This document shows positions 37,601 through 50,200 of a stretch of 64,000 nucleotides of DNA, in pieces. The translations under genes and the position numbers were made by a program. Location of the stretch: contig NC_092672.1 of assembly GCF_964355755.1 (NCBI RefSeq), forward strand, positions 11,532,001-11,596,000. Direction: 5' to 3'. This DNA comes from Antedon mediterranea (Eukaryota; Animalia; Echinodermata). The stretch's first letter is position 1, and every line of letters starts with the position of its first letter. The notes under the pieces are model-generated. The model was not told the DNA's origin. It made no database searches and saw only the letters and a program-made list of their open reading frames with translations.

Positions 37601-40600
37601 GCACCAGTCATTGCGATGGCATGGGTTTGAATCCCACCGCTGCCAATATTCTTTTACCGGCTCATTACATAAGGTACAAATGATATAATGTAAAAATTCA
37701 TGAGAAATAGCAAAATTATTTTTCTAAATCAATGTGACAACATTCAAAGTGGCGTAGCCGAGCGGTCTAAGGCGCTTGTCTAAGGCACCAGTAATTTCGA
37801 TGGCGTGGGTTAGAATGCCACCGATACCAATATTCTTTTACCGGCTAATTACATAACGTATAAATGATATATTGTAAAATTTAATGAGAAAAAACCGAAA
37901 CCATAATTAAACGAACGTTTACGGTAGCGTAGCCGAGCGTTCTAAGGCGCTTGTTTAAGGCACCCGTAATTTCGATTGCGTGGGTTAGAATGCCACAGAT
38001 ACCAATATTCTTTTACCGGCTAATTACATAACGTACAAATGATATAATGTAAAAATTCATGAGAAATACCGAAACCATTTTTTCTAAATAAATGTGAAAA
38101 CATTCAAGGTAGCGTGGCCGAGCGGTCTAAGACGCTGGTTTTAGGCACCAGTCATTTTGATGGCGTGGGTTCGAATCCCACCGCTGCCAGTATATTTTTA
38201 CCGACTCCCTACAAAACGCACAATTGATAAAATGTAAGATTTCATGAAAAAACCGAAACCATAATTAAACGAACATTCACGGTAGCGTGGCCGAGCGGTC
38301 TAAGGCGCTGGTTTAAGGCACCAGTCGTTTCGATGGCGTGGGTTCGAATCCCACCGCTGCCAATATAATTTTACCAGCTCACTTCATAACGTACAAATGA
38401 TATAATGTAACAATTCATGAGAAATACCCAAACCAGTTTTTCTAAATAAATGTGAAAACATTCAAGGTAGCGTGGCCGAGCGGTCTAAGGCGCTGGTTTT
38501 AGGCACCAGTCATTTCGATGGCGTGGGTTCGAATCCCTCCGCTGCCAGTATTTTTTTACCGACTCCCTACATAACGCACCATTGATATAATGTAAAATGT
38601 CATGAGAAATACCGAAACCATAATTAAACGCTCATTCACGGTAGCGTGGCCGAGCGGTCTAAGGCGCTGGTTTAAGGCACCAGTCATTTCGATGGCGTGG
38701 GTTCGAATCCCACCGCTGCCAGTATTTTTGTTACCGACTCCCTACATAACGTACAAATGATATAATGTAAAAATTCTTGAGAAATACCAAAACCATTTTT
38801 TTTCTAAATAAATGTGAATACATTGAAGGTAGCGTAGCCGAGCGGTCTAAGGCGCTTGTCTAAGGCACCAGTAATTTCGATGGCGTGGGTTCGAATCCCA
38901 CCGCTGCCAGTATAATTTTACCAGCTCGCTACATAACGTACAAATGATATAATGTAACAATTCATGAGAAATACCGAAACCATTTTTTCTAAATAAATGT
39001 GAGAACATTCAAGGTAGCGTGGCCGAGCGGTCTAAGGCGCTGGTTTTAGGCACCAGTCATTTCGATGGCGTGGGTTCGAATCCCACCGCTGCCAATATAA
39101 TTTTACTAGCTCACTACATAACGTACAAATGATGTAATGTAACAATTCATGAGAAATACCGAAACCATTTTTTCTATATAAATGTGACAACATTCAAGGA
39201 AGCGTGGCCGAGCGGTCTAAGGCGCTGGTTTTAGGCACCAGTCATTTCGATGGCGTAGGTTCGAATCCCACCGCTGGCAGTATCTTTTTACCGACTCCCT
39301 ACATAACGCACATTTGATGAAATGTAAAATTTCTTGAGAAAAACCGAAACCATAATTAAACGAACATTCACGGTAGCGTGGCCGAGCGGTCTAAGGCGCT
39401 GGTTTAAGGCACCAGTCATTTCGATGGCGTGGGTTCCAATCCCACCGCTGCCAATATAATTTTACCAGCTCACTACATAACGTACAAATGATATAATGTA
39501 AAAATTCATGAGAAATACCGAAACCATTTTTTCGAAATAAATGTGGAAACATTCAAGGTAGCGTGGCCGAGCGGTCTTAGGCGCTGGTTTAAGGCACCAG
39601 TCATTTCGATGGCGTGGGTTCGAATCCCTCCGCTGCCAGTATTTTTTTACCGACTCCCTACATAACGCACAATTGATATAATGTAAAAATTCATGTGAAA
39701 TACCAAAACCATTTTTTTTCTAAATAAATGAAAATACATTGAAGGTAGCGTGGCCGAGCGGTCTAAGGCGCTGTTTTAAGGAACCTGTCAGTTCGATGGC
39801 GTGGGTTCGAATCCCACCGCTGGCAGTATTTTTTGTACTGACTCCATACATAACGTACAAATGATATTTAAAAATTCATGAGAAATACCGAAACCATTTT
39901 TCTAAATCAATGTGACAACATTCAAGGAAGCGTGGCCGAGCGGTCTAAGGCGCTGGTTTTAGGCACCAGTCATTTCGATGGCGTGGGTTCGAATCCCACC
40001 GCTGCCAGTATTTTTTTACCGACTCCCTACATAACGTACAAATGATATATTGTAAAATTTCATGAGAAAAACCGAAACCATTATCAAACGATCATTCACG
40101 GTAGGGTAGCCGAGCGGTCTAAGGCTCGGGTTTAAGGCACCAGTCATTTCGATGGCGTGGGTTCGAATCCCACCGCTGCCAGTATTTTTGTTACCGACTC
40201 CCTACATAACGCACAATTGATATAATGTAAAAATTCATGTGAAATACCAAAACCATTTTTTTTCTAAATAAATGTAAATACATTGAAGGTAGCGTGGCCG
40301 AGCGGTCTAAGGCGCTGGTTTAAGGAACCTGTCACTTCGATGGCGTGGGTTCGAATCCCACCGCTGGCAGTATTTTTTGTACTGACTCCATACATAACGT
40401 ACAAATGATATTTAAAAATTCATGAGAAATACCGAAACCATTTTTCTAAATCAATGTGACAACATTCAAGGAAGCGTGGCCGAGCGGTCTAAGGCGCTGG
40501 TTTTAGGCACCAGTCATTTCGATGGCGTGGGTTCGAATCCCACCGCTGCCAGTATTTTTTTACCGACTCCCTACATAACGTACAAATGATATATTGTAAA

Positions 40601-43600
40601 ATTTCATGAGAAAAACCGAAACCATTATTAAACGATCATTCACGGTAGCGTGGCCGAGCGGTCTAAGGCGCTGGTTTAAGGCACCAGTCATTTCGATGGC
40701 GTGGGTTCGAATCCCACCGCTGCCAGTATTTTTGTTACCGACTCCCTACATAACGTACAAATGATATAATGTAAAAATTCATGAGAAATACCAAAACCAT
40801 TTTTTTTTCTAAATAAATATGAATACATTGAAGGTAGCGTAGCAGAGCGGTCTAAGGCGCTTGTCCAGGGCACTAGTAATTTCGATGGCGTGGGTTCGAA
40901 TCCCACCGCTGCCAGTATAATTTTACCAGCTCGCTACATAACGTACAAATGATATAATGTAACAATTCATGAGAAATACCGAAACCATTTTTTCTAAATA
41001 ATTAAATGTGAAAACATTCAAGGTAGCGTGGCCGAGCGGTCTAAGGCGCTGGTTTTAGGCACCAGTCATTTCGATGGCATGGGTTCGAATCCCACCGCTG
41101 CCAATATACTTTTACTAGCTCACTACATAACGTACAAATGATGTAATGTAACAATTCATGAGAAATACCGAAACCATTTTTTGTAAATAAATGTGAAAAC
41201 ATTCAAGGTAGCGTGGCCGAGCGGTCTAAGGCTCTGGTTTTAGGCACCAGTCATTTCGATGGCGTGGGTTCGAATCCCACCGCTGCCAGTATTTTTTTAC
41301 CGACTCCCTACATAACGCACAATTGATATAATGTAAAATGTCATGAGAAATACCGAAACCATAATTAAACGCTCATTCACGGTAGCGTGGCCGAGCGGTC
41401 TAAGGCGCTGGTTTAAGGCACCAGTCATTTCGATGGCGTGGGTTCGAATCCCACCGCTGCCAGTATTTTTGTTACCGACTCCCTACATAACGTACAAATG
41501 ATATAATGTAAAAATTCATGAGAAATACCAAAACCATTTTTTTTCTAAATAAATGTGAATACATTGAAGGTAGCGTAGCCGAGCGGTCTAAGGCGCTTGT
41601 CTAAGGCACCAGTAATTTCGATGGCGTGGGTTCGAATCCCACCGCTGCCAGTAAAATTTTACCAGCTCGCTACATAACGTACAAATGATATAATGTAACA
41701 ATTCATGAGAAATACCGAAACCATTTTTTCTAAATAAATGTGAAAACATTCAAGGTAGCGTGGCCGAGCGGTCTAAGGCGCTGGTTTTAGGCACCAGTCA
41801 TTTCGATGGCGTGGGTTCGAATCCCACCGCTGCCAATATAATTTTACTAGCTCACTACATAACGTACAAATGATGTAATGTAACAATTCATGAGAAATAC
41901 CGAAACAATTTTTTCTAAATAAATGTGACAACATTCAAGGAAGCGTGGCCGAGCGGTCTAAGGCGCTGGTTTTAGGCACCAGTCATTTCGATGGCGTAGG
42001 TTCGAATCCCACCGCTGGCAGTATCTTTTTACCGACTCCCTACATAACGCACATTTGATGAAATGTAAAATTTCTTGAGAAAAACCGAAACCATAATTAA
42101 ACAAACATTCACGGTAGCGTGGCCGAGCGGTCTAAGGCGCTGGTTTAAGGCACCAGTCATTTCGATGGCGTGGGTTCCAATCCCACCGCTGCCAATATAA
42201 TTTTACCAGCTCACTACATAACGTACAAATGATATAATGTAAAAATTCATGAGAAATACCGAAACCATTTTTTCGAAATAAATGTGGAAACATTCAAGGT
42301 AGCGTGGCCGAGCGGTCTTAGGCGCTGGTTTAAGGCACCAGTCATTTCAATGGCGTGGGTTCGAATCCCTCCGCCGCCAGTATCTTTTTACCGACTCCCT
42401 ACATAACGCACAATTGATATAATGTAAAATTTCTTGAGAAAAACCGAAACCATAATTAAACGAACATTCACGGTAGCGTAGCCGAGCGGTCTAAGGCGCT
42501 TGTCTAAGGCACCAGTAATTTCGATGGCGTGGGTTCGAATACCACCGCTGCCAGTATAATTTTACCAGCTCGCTACATAACGTACAAATGATATAATGTA
42601 ACAATTCATGAGAAATACCGAAACCATTTTTTCTAAATAAATGTGAAAACATTCAAGGTAGCGTGGCCGAGCGGTCTAAGGCGCTGGTTTTAGGCACCAG
42701 TCATTTCGATGGCGTGGGTTCGAATCCCACCGCTGCCAATATAATTTTACTAGCTCACTACATAACGTACAAATGATGTAATGTAACAATTCATGAGAAA
42801 TACCGAAACCATTTTTTCTAAATAAATGTGACAACATTCAAGGAAGCGTGGCCGAGCGGTCTAAGGCGCTGGTTTTAGGCACCAGTCATTTCGATGGCGT
42901 AGGTTCGAATCCCACCGCTGGCAGTATCTTTTTACCGACTCCCTACATAACGCACATTTGATAAAATGTAAAATTTCTTGAGAAAAACCGAAACCATAAT
43001 TAAACGAACATTCACGGTAGCGTGGCCGAGCGGTCTAAGGCGCTGGTTTAAGGCACCAGTCATTTCGATGGCGTGGGTTCCAATCCCACCGCTGCCAATA
43101 TAATTTTACCAGCTCACTACATAACGTACAAATGATATAATGTAAAAATTCATGAGAAATACCGAAACCATTTTTTCTAAATAAATGTGGAAACATTCAA
43201 GGTAGCGTGGCCGAGCGGTCTTAGGCGCTGGTTTAAGGCACCAGTCATTTCAATGACGTGGGTTCGAATCCCACCGCCGCCAGTATCTTTTTACCGACTC
43301 CCTACATAACGCACAATTGATATAATGTAAAATTTCTTGAGAAAAACCGAAACCATAATTAAACGAACATTCACGGTAGCGTGGCCGAGCGGTCTAAGGC
43401 TCTGGTTTAAGGCACCAGTCATTTCGATGGCGTGGGTTCGAATCCCACCGCTGCCAATATAATTTTACCAGCTCTCTACATAACGTACAAATGATATAAT
43501 ATAACAATTCATGAGAAGTACCGAAACCATTTTTTTCTAAATAAATGTGAAAACATTCACGGTAGCGTGGCCGAGCGGTCTAAGGCGCTGGTTTAAGGCA

Positions 43601-45019
43601 CCAGTCATTTCGATGGCGTGGGTTCGAATCCCACCGCTGCCAATATAATTTAACCAGCTCTCTACATAACGTACAAATGATATAATATAACAATTCATGA
43701 GAAGTACCGTAACCATTTTTTCTAAATAAATGTGAAAACATTCAAGGTAGCGTGGCCGAGCGATCTAAGGCGCTGGTTTTAGGCACCAGTCATTGCGATG
43801 GCATGGGTTTGAATCCCACCGCTGCCAATATTCTTTTACCGGCTCATTACATAAGGTACAAATGATATAATGTAAAAATTCATGAGAAATAGCAAAATTA
43901 TTTTTCTAAATCAATGTGACAACATTCAAAGTGGCGTAGCCGAGCGGTCTAAGGCGCTTGTCTAAGGCACCAGTAATTTCGATGGCGTGGGTTAGAATGC
44001 CACCGATACCAATATTCTTTTACCGGCTAATTACATAACGTATAAATGATATATTGTAAAATTTAATGAGAAAAAACCGAAACCATAATTAAACGAACGT
44101 TTACGGTAGCGTAGCCGAGCGTTCTAAGGCGCTTGTTTAAGGCACCCGTAATTTCGATTGCGTGGGTTAGAATGCCACAGATACCAATATTCTTTTACCG
44201 GCTAATTACATAACGTACAAATGATATAATGTAAAAATTCATGAGAAATACCGAAACCATTTTTTCTAAATAAATGTGAAAACATTCAAGGTAGCGTGGC
44301 CGAGCGGTCTAAGACGCTGGTTTTAGGCACCAGTCATTTTGATGGCGTGGGTTCGAATCCCACCGCTGCCAGTATATTTTTACCGACTCCCTACAAAACG
44401 CACAATTGATAAAATGTAAGATTTCATGAAAAAACCGAAACCATAATTAAACGAACATTCACGGTAGCGTGGCCGAGCGGTCTAAGGCGCTGGTTTAAGG
44501 CACCAGTCGTTTCGATGGCGTGGGTTCGAATCCCACCGCTGCCAATATAATTTTACCAGCTCACTTCATAACGTACAAATGATATAATGTAACAATTCAT
44601 GAGAAATACCCAAACCAGTTTTTCTAAATAAATGTGAAAACATTCAAGGTAGCGTGGCCGAGCGGTCTAAGGCGCTGGTTTTAGGCACCAGTCATTTCGA
44701 TGGCGTGGGTTCGAATCCCTCCGCTGCCAGTATTTTTTTACCGACTCCCTACATAACGCACAATTGATATAATGTAAAAATTCATGTGAAATACCAAAAC
44801 CATTTTTTTTCTAAATAAATGTGAATACATTGAAGGTAGCGTGGCCGAGCGGTCTAAGGCGCTGGTTTAAGGAACCTGTCACTTCGATGGCGTGGGTTCG
44901 AATCCCACCGCTGCCAGTATTTTTTGTACCGACTCCATACATAACGTACAAATGATATAATTTAAAAATTCATGAGAAATACCGAAACCATTTTTCTAAA
45001 TCAATGTGACAACATTCAA

Positions 45020-45101
45020 GGTGGCGTAGCCGAGCGGTCTAAGGCGCTTGTTTAAGGCACCAGTAACTTCGATGGCGTGGGTTAGAATGGCACCGCTACC
45101 A
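45020..45101 (+). pseudogene. tRNA-Leu pseudogene subfamily with damaged B box/T stem (also ~47039, 47941, 49933, 50835, 52831, 53723, 54643, 56666)
   Basis: GGTGGCGTAGCC...CTTGTTTAAGGCACCAG(T/C)AACTTCG...GGTTAGAATGGCACCGCTACCA: B box GGTTCGAATCC changed to GGTTAGAATGG, T stem and variable arm unpaired. Confidence 0.85.
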
Positions 45102-47212
45102 ATATTCTTTTCCCGGCTCATTACATAACGTACAAATGATATATTGTAAAATTTCATGAGAAAAACCGAAACCATAATTAAACGAACATTCACTGTAGCG
45201 TGGCTGAGCGGTCTAAGGCGCTGGTTTAAGGCACCAGTCATTTCGATGGCGTTGGTTCGAATCCCACCGCTGCCAATATAATTTTACCAACTCACTACAT
45301 AACTTACAAATGATATAATGTAACAATTCATGAGAAATACCCAAACCAGTTTTTCTAAATAAATGTGAAAACATTCAAGGTAGCGTGGCCGAGCGGTCTA
45401 AGGCGCTGGTTTTAGGCACCAGTCATTTCGATGGCGTGGGTTCGAATCCCTCCGCTGCCAGTATTTTTTTACCGACTCCCTACATAACGCACAATTGATA
45501 TAATGTAAAAATTCATGTGAAATACCAAAACCATTTTTTTTCTAAATAAATGTGAATACATTGAAGGTAGCGTGGCCGAGCGGTCTAAGGCACTGGTTTA
45601 AGGAACCTTTCACTTCGATGGCGTGGGTTCGAATCCCACCGCTGCCAGTATTTTTTGTACCGACTCCATACATAACGTACAAATGATATAATTTAAAAAT
45701 TCATGAGAAATACCGAAACCATTTTTCTAAATCAATGTGACAACATTCAAGGTGGCGTAGCCGAGCGGTCTAAGGCGCTGGTTTAAGGCACCAGTCGTTT
45801 CGATGGCGTGGGTTCGAATCCCACCGCTGCCAATATAATTTTACCAGCTCACTACATAACGTACAAATGATGTAATGTAACAATTCATGAGAAATACCGA
45901 AACCATTTTTTCTAAATAAATGTGAAAACATTCAAGGTAGCGTGGCCGAGCGGTCTAAGGCGCTGGTTTTAGGCACCAGTCATTTCGATGGCGCAGGTTC
46001 GAATCCCACCGCTGCCAGTATCTTTTTACCGACTCCCTACATAACGCACAATTGATATAATGTAAAATTTATTGAGAAAAACCGAAACCATAATTAAACG
46101 AACATTCACGGTAGCGTGGCCGAGCGGTCTAAGGCGCTGGTTTAAGGCACCAGTCATTTCGATGGTGTGGGTTCCAATCTCACCGCTGCCAATATAATTT
46201 TACCAGCTCACTACATAACGTACAAATGATATAATGTAAAAATTCATGAGAAATACCGAAACCATTTTTTCTAAATAAATGTGAAAACATTCAAGGTAGC
46301 GTGGCCGAGCGGTCTAAGGCGCTGGTTTTAGGCACCAGTCATTTCGATGGCGTGGGTTCGAATCCCACCCCTGCCAATATAATTTTACCAGCTCACTACA
46401 TAACGTACAAATGATATAATGTAACAATTCATGAGAAATACCGAACCATTTTTTTCTAAATAAATGTGAAAACATTCAAGGTAGCGTGGCCGAGCGGTCT
46501 AAGTCGCTGGTTTTAGGCACCAGTCATTTCGATGGCGTGGGTTCGAATCCCACCGCTGCCAGTATTTTTTTACCGACTCCCTACATAACGCACAATTGAT
46601 ATAATGTAAAAATTCATGAGAAATACCAAAAACCATTTTTTATCTAAATAAATGTGAATACATTGAAGGTAGCGTGGGCGAGCGGTCTAAGGCGCTGGTT
46701 TAAGGAACCAGTCACTTCGATGGCGTGGGTTCGAATCCCACCGCTGCCAGTATTTTTTGTACCGACTCCATACATAACGTACAAATGATATAATGTAAAA
46801 ATTCATGAGAAATACCGAAACCATTTTTTATAAATAAATGTGAAAACATTCAAGGTAGCGTGGCCGAGCGGTCTAAGGCGCTGGTTTTAGGCACCAGTCA
46901 TTTCGATGGCGTGGGTTCGAATCCCACCGCTGCCAATATAATTTTACCAGCTCACTACATAACGTACAAATGATGTAATGTAACAATTCATGAGAAATAC
47001 CGAAACCATTTTTTCTAAATAAATGTGACAACATTCAAGGTGGCGTAGCCGAGCGGTCTAAGGCGCTTGTTTAAGGCACCAGCAACTTCGATGGCGTGGG
47101 TTAGAATGGCACCGCTACCAATATTCTTTTACCGGCTCATTACATAACGTACAAATGATATATTGTAAAATTTCATGAGAAAAACCGAAACCATAATTAA
47201 ACGAACATTCAT

Positions 47213-47281
47213 GGTAGCGTGGCCGAGCGGTCTAAGGCACCAGTCATTTCGATGGCGTGGGTTCGAATCCCACCGCTGCCA
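47213..47281 (+). pseudogene. tRNA-Leu with 13-nt deletion removing the 5' anticodon stem and loop (also at 50107-50175 and 53005-53073)
   Basis: TAAGGCGCTGGTTTAAGGC collapsed to TAAGGC between two TAAGGC direct repeats; A and B boxes intact. Confidence 0.9.
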
Positions 47282-50200
47282 ATATAATTTGACCAACTCA
47301 CTACATAACGTAAAAATGATATAATGTAACAATTCATGAGAAATACCGAAACCATTTGTTCTAAATAAATGTGAAAAAATTCAAGGTAGCGTGGCCGAGC
47401 GGTCTAAGGCGCTGGTTTAAGGCACCAGTCATTTCGATGGCGTGGGTTCCAATCCCACCGCTGCCAATATAATTTTACCAGCTCACTACATAACGTACAA
47501 ATGATATAATGTAAAAATTCATGAGAAATACCGAAACCATTTTTTCTAAATAAATGTGAAAACATTCAAGGTAGCGTGGCCGAGCGGTCTAAGGCGCTGG
47601 TTTTAGGCACCAGTCATTTCGATGGGGTGGGTTCGAATCCCACCGCTGCCAGTATTTTTGTTACCGACTCCCTACATAACGTACAAATGATATAATGTAA
47701 AAATTCATGAGAAATACCGAAACCATTTTTTATAAATAAATGTGAAAACATTCAAGGTAGCGTGGCCGAGCGGTCTAAGGAGCTGGTTTTAGGCACCAGT
47801 CATTTCGATGGCGTGGGTTCGAATCCCACCGCTGCCAATATAATTTTACCAGCTCACTACATAACGTACAAATGATGTAATGTAACAATTCATGAGAAAT
47901 ACCGAAACCATTTTTTCTAAATAAATGTGACAACATTCAAGGTGGCGTAGCCGAGCGGTCTAAGGGGCTTGTTTAAGGCACCAGCAACTTCGATGGCGTG
48001 GGTTAGAATGGCATCGCTACCAATATTCTTTTACCGGCTCATTACATAACGTACAAGTGATATATTGTAAAATTTCATGAGAAAAACCGAAACCATAATT
48101 AAACGAACATTCACGGTAGCGTGGCCGAGCGGTCTAAGGCGCTGGTTTAAGGCACCAGTCATTTCGATGGCGTGGGTTCGAATCCCACCGCTGCCAATAT
48201 AATTTTACCAACTCACTACATAACGTAAAAATGATATAATGTAAAAATTCATGAGAAATACCGAAACCATTTGTTCTAAATAAATGTGAAAAAATTCAAG
48301 GTAGCGTGGCCGAGCGGTCTAAGGCGCTGGTTTAAGGCACCAGTCATTTCGATGGCGTGGGTTCCAATCCCACCGCTGCCAATATAATTTTACCAGCTCA
48401 CTACATAACGTACAAATGATATAATGTAAAAATTCATGAGAAATACCGAAACAATTTTTTCTAAATAAATGTGAAAACATTCAAGGTAGAGTGGCCGAGC
48501 GGTCTAAGGCGCTGGTTAAAGGCACCAGTCATTTCGATGGCGTGGGTTCGAATCCCACCGCTGCCAATATAATGTTACCAGCTCTCTACATAACGTACAA
48601 CTGATATAATATAACAATTCATGAGAAGTACCGAAACCATTTTTTTCTAAATAAATGTGAAAACATTCAAGGTAGCGTGGCCGAGCGTTCTAAGGCGCTG
48701 GTTTTAGGCACCAGTCATTGCGATGGCGTGTGTTCGAATCCCACCGCTGCCAATATTCTTTTACCGGCTCATTACATAACGTACAAATGATATATTGTAA
48801 AATTTCATGAGAAAAGCCGAAACCATAATTAAACAAACATTCACGGTAGCGTGGACGAGCGGTCTAAGGCGCTGGTTTAAGGAACCAGTCATTTCGATGG
48901 AGTGGGTTCGAATCCCACCGCTGCCAACCTAATTTTACCAACTCACTACATAACGTACAAATGATATAATGTAAAAATTCATGAGAAATACCGAAACCAT
49001 TTTTTCTAAATAAATGTGGAAACATTCAAGGTAGCGTGGCCGAGCGGTCTAAGGCGCTGGTTTTAGGCACCAGTCATTTCGATGGCGTGGGTTCGAATCC
49101 CACCGTTGCCAGTATTTTTTTACCGACTCCCTACAAAACGCACAATTGATATAATGTAAGATTTCATGAAAAAACCGAAACCATAATTACACGAACAATC
49201 ACGGTAGCGTGGCCGAGCGGTCTAAGGCGCTGGTTTAAGGCACCAGTCATTTTGATGGCGTGGGTTCGAATCCCACCGCTGCCAATATAATTTTACCAGC
49301 TCACTACGTAACGTACAAATGATATAATGTAACAATTCATGAGAAATACCGAAACCAGTTTTTCTAAATAAATGTGAAAACATTCAAGGTAGCGTGGCCG
49401 AGCGGTCTAAGGCGCTGGTTTTAGGCACCAGTCATTTCGATGGCGTGGGTTCGAATCCCACCGCTGCCAGTATTTTTTTACCGACTCCCTACATAACGCA
49501 CAATTGATATAATGTAAAATGTCATGAGAAATACCGAAACCATAATTAAACGAACATTCACGGTAGCGTGGCCGAGCGGTCTAAGGCGCTGGTTTAAGGC
49601 ACCAGTCATTTCGATGGCGTGGGTTCGAATCCCACCGCTGCAAGTATTTTTGTTACCGACTCCCTACATAACGTACAAATGATATAATGTAAAAATTCAT
49701 GAGAAATACCGAAACCATTTTTTATAAATAAATGTGAAAACATTCAAGGTATCGTGGCCGAGCGGTCTAAGGCGCTGGTTTTAGGCACCAGTCATTTCGA
49801 TGGCGTGGGTTCGAATCCCACCGCTGCCAATATAATTTTACCAGCTCACTACATAACGTACAAATGATGTAATGTAACAATTCATGAGAAATACCGAAAC
49901 CATTTTTTCTAAATAAATGTGACAACATTCAAGGTGGCGTAGCCGAGCGGTCTAAGGCGCTTGTTTAAGGCACCAGCAACTTCGATGGCGTGGGTTAGAA
50001 TGGCACCGCTACCAATATTCTTTTACCGGCTCATTACATAACGTACAAATGATATATTGTAAAATTTCATGAGAAAAACCGAAACCATAATTAAACGAAC
50101 ATTCACGGTAGCGTGGCCGAGCGGTCTAAGGCACCAGTCATTTCGATGGCGTGGGTTCGAATCCCACCGCTGCCAATATAATTTGACCAACTCACTACAT

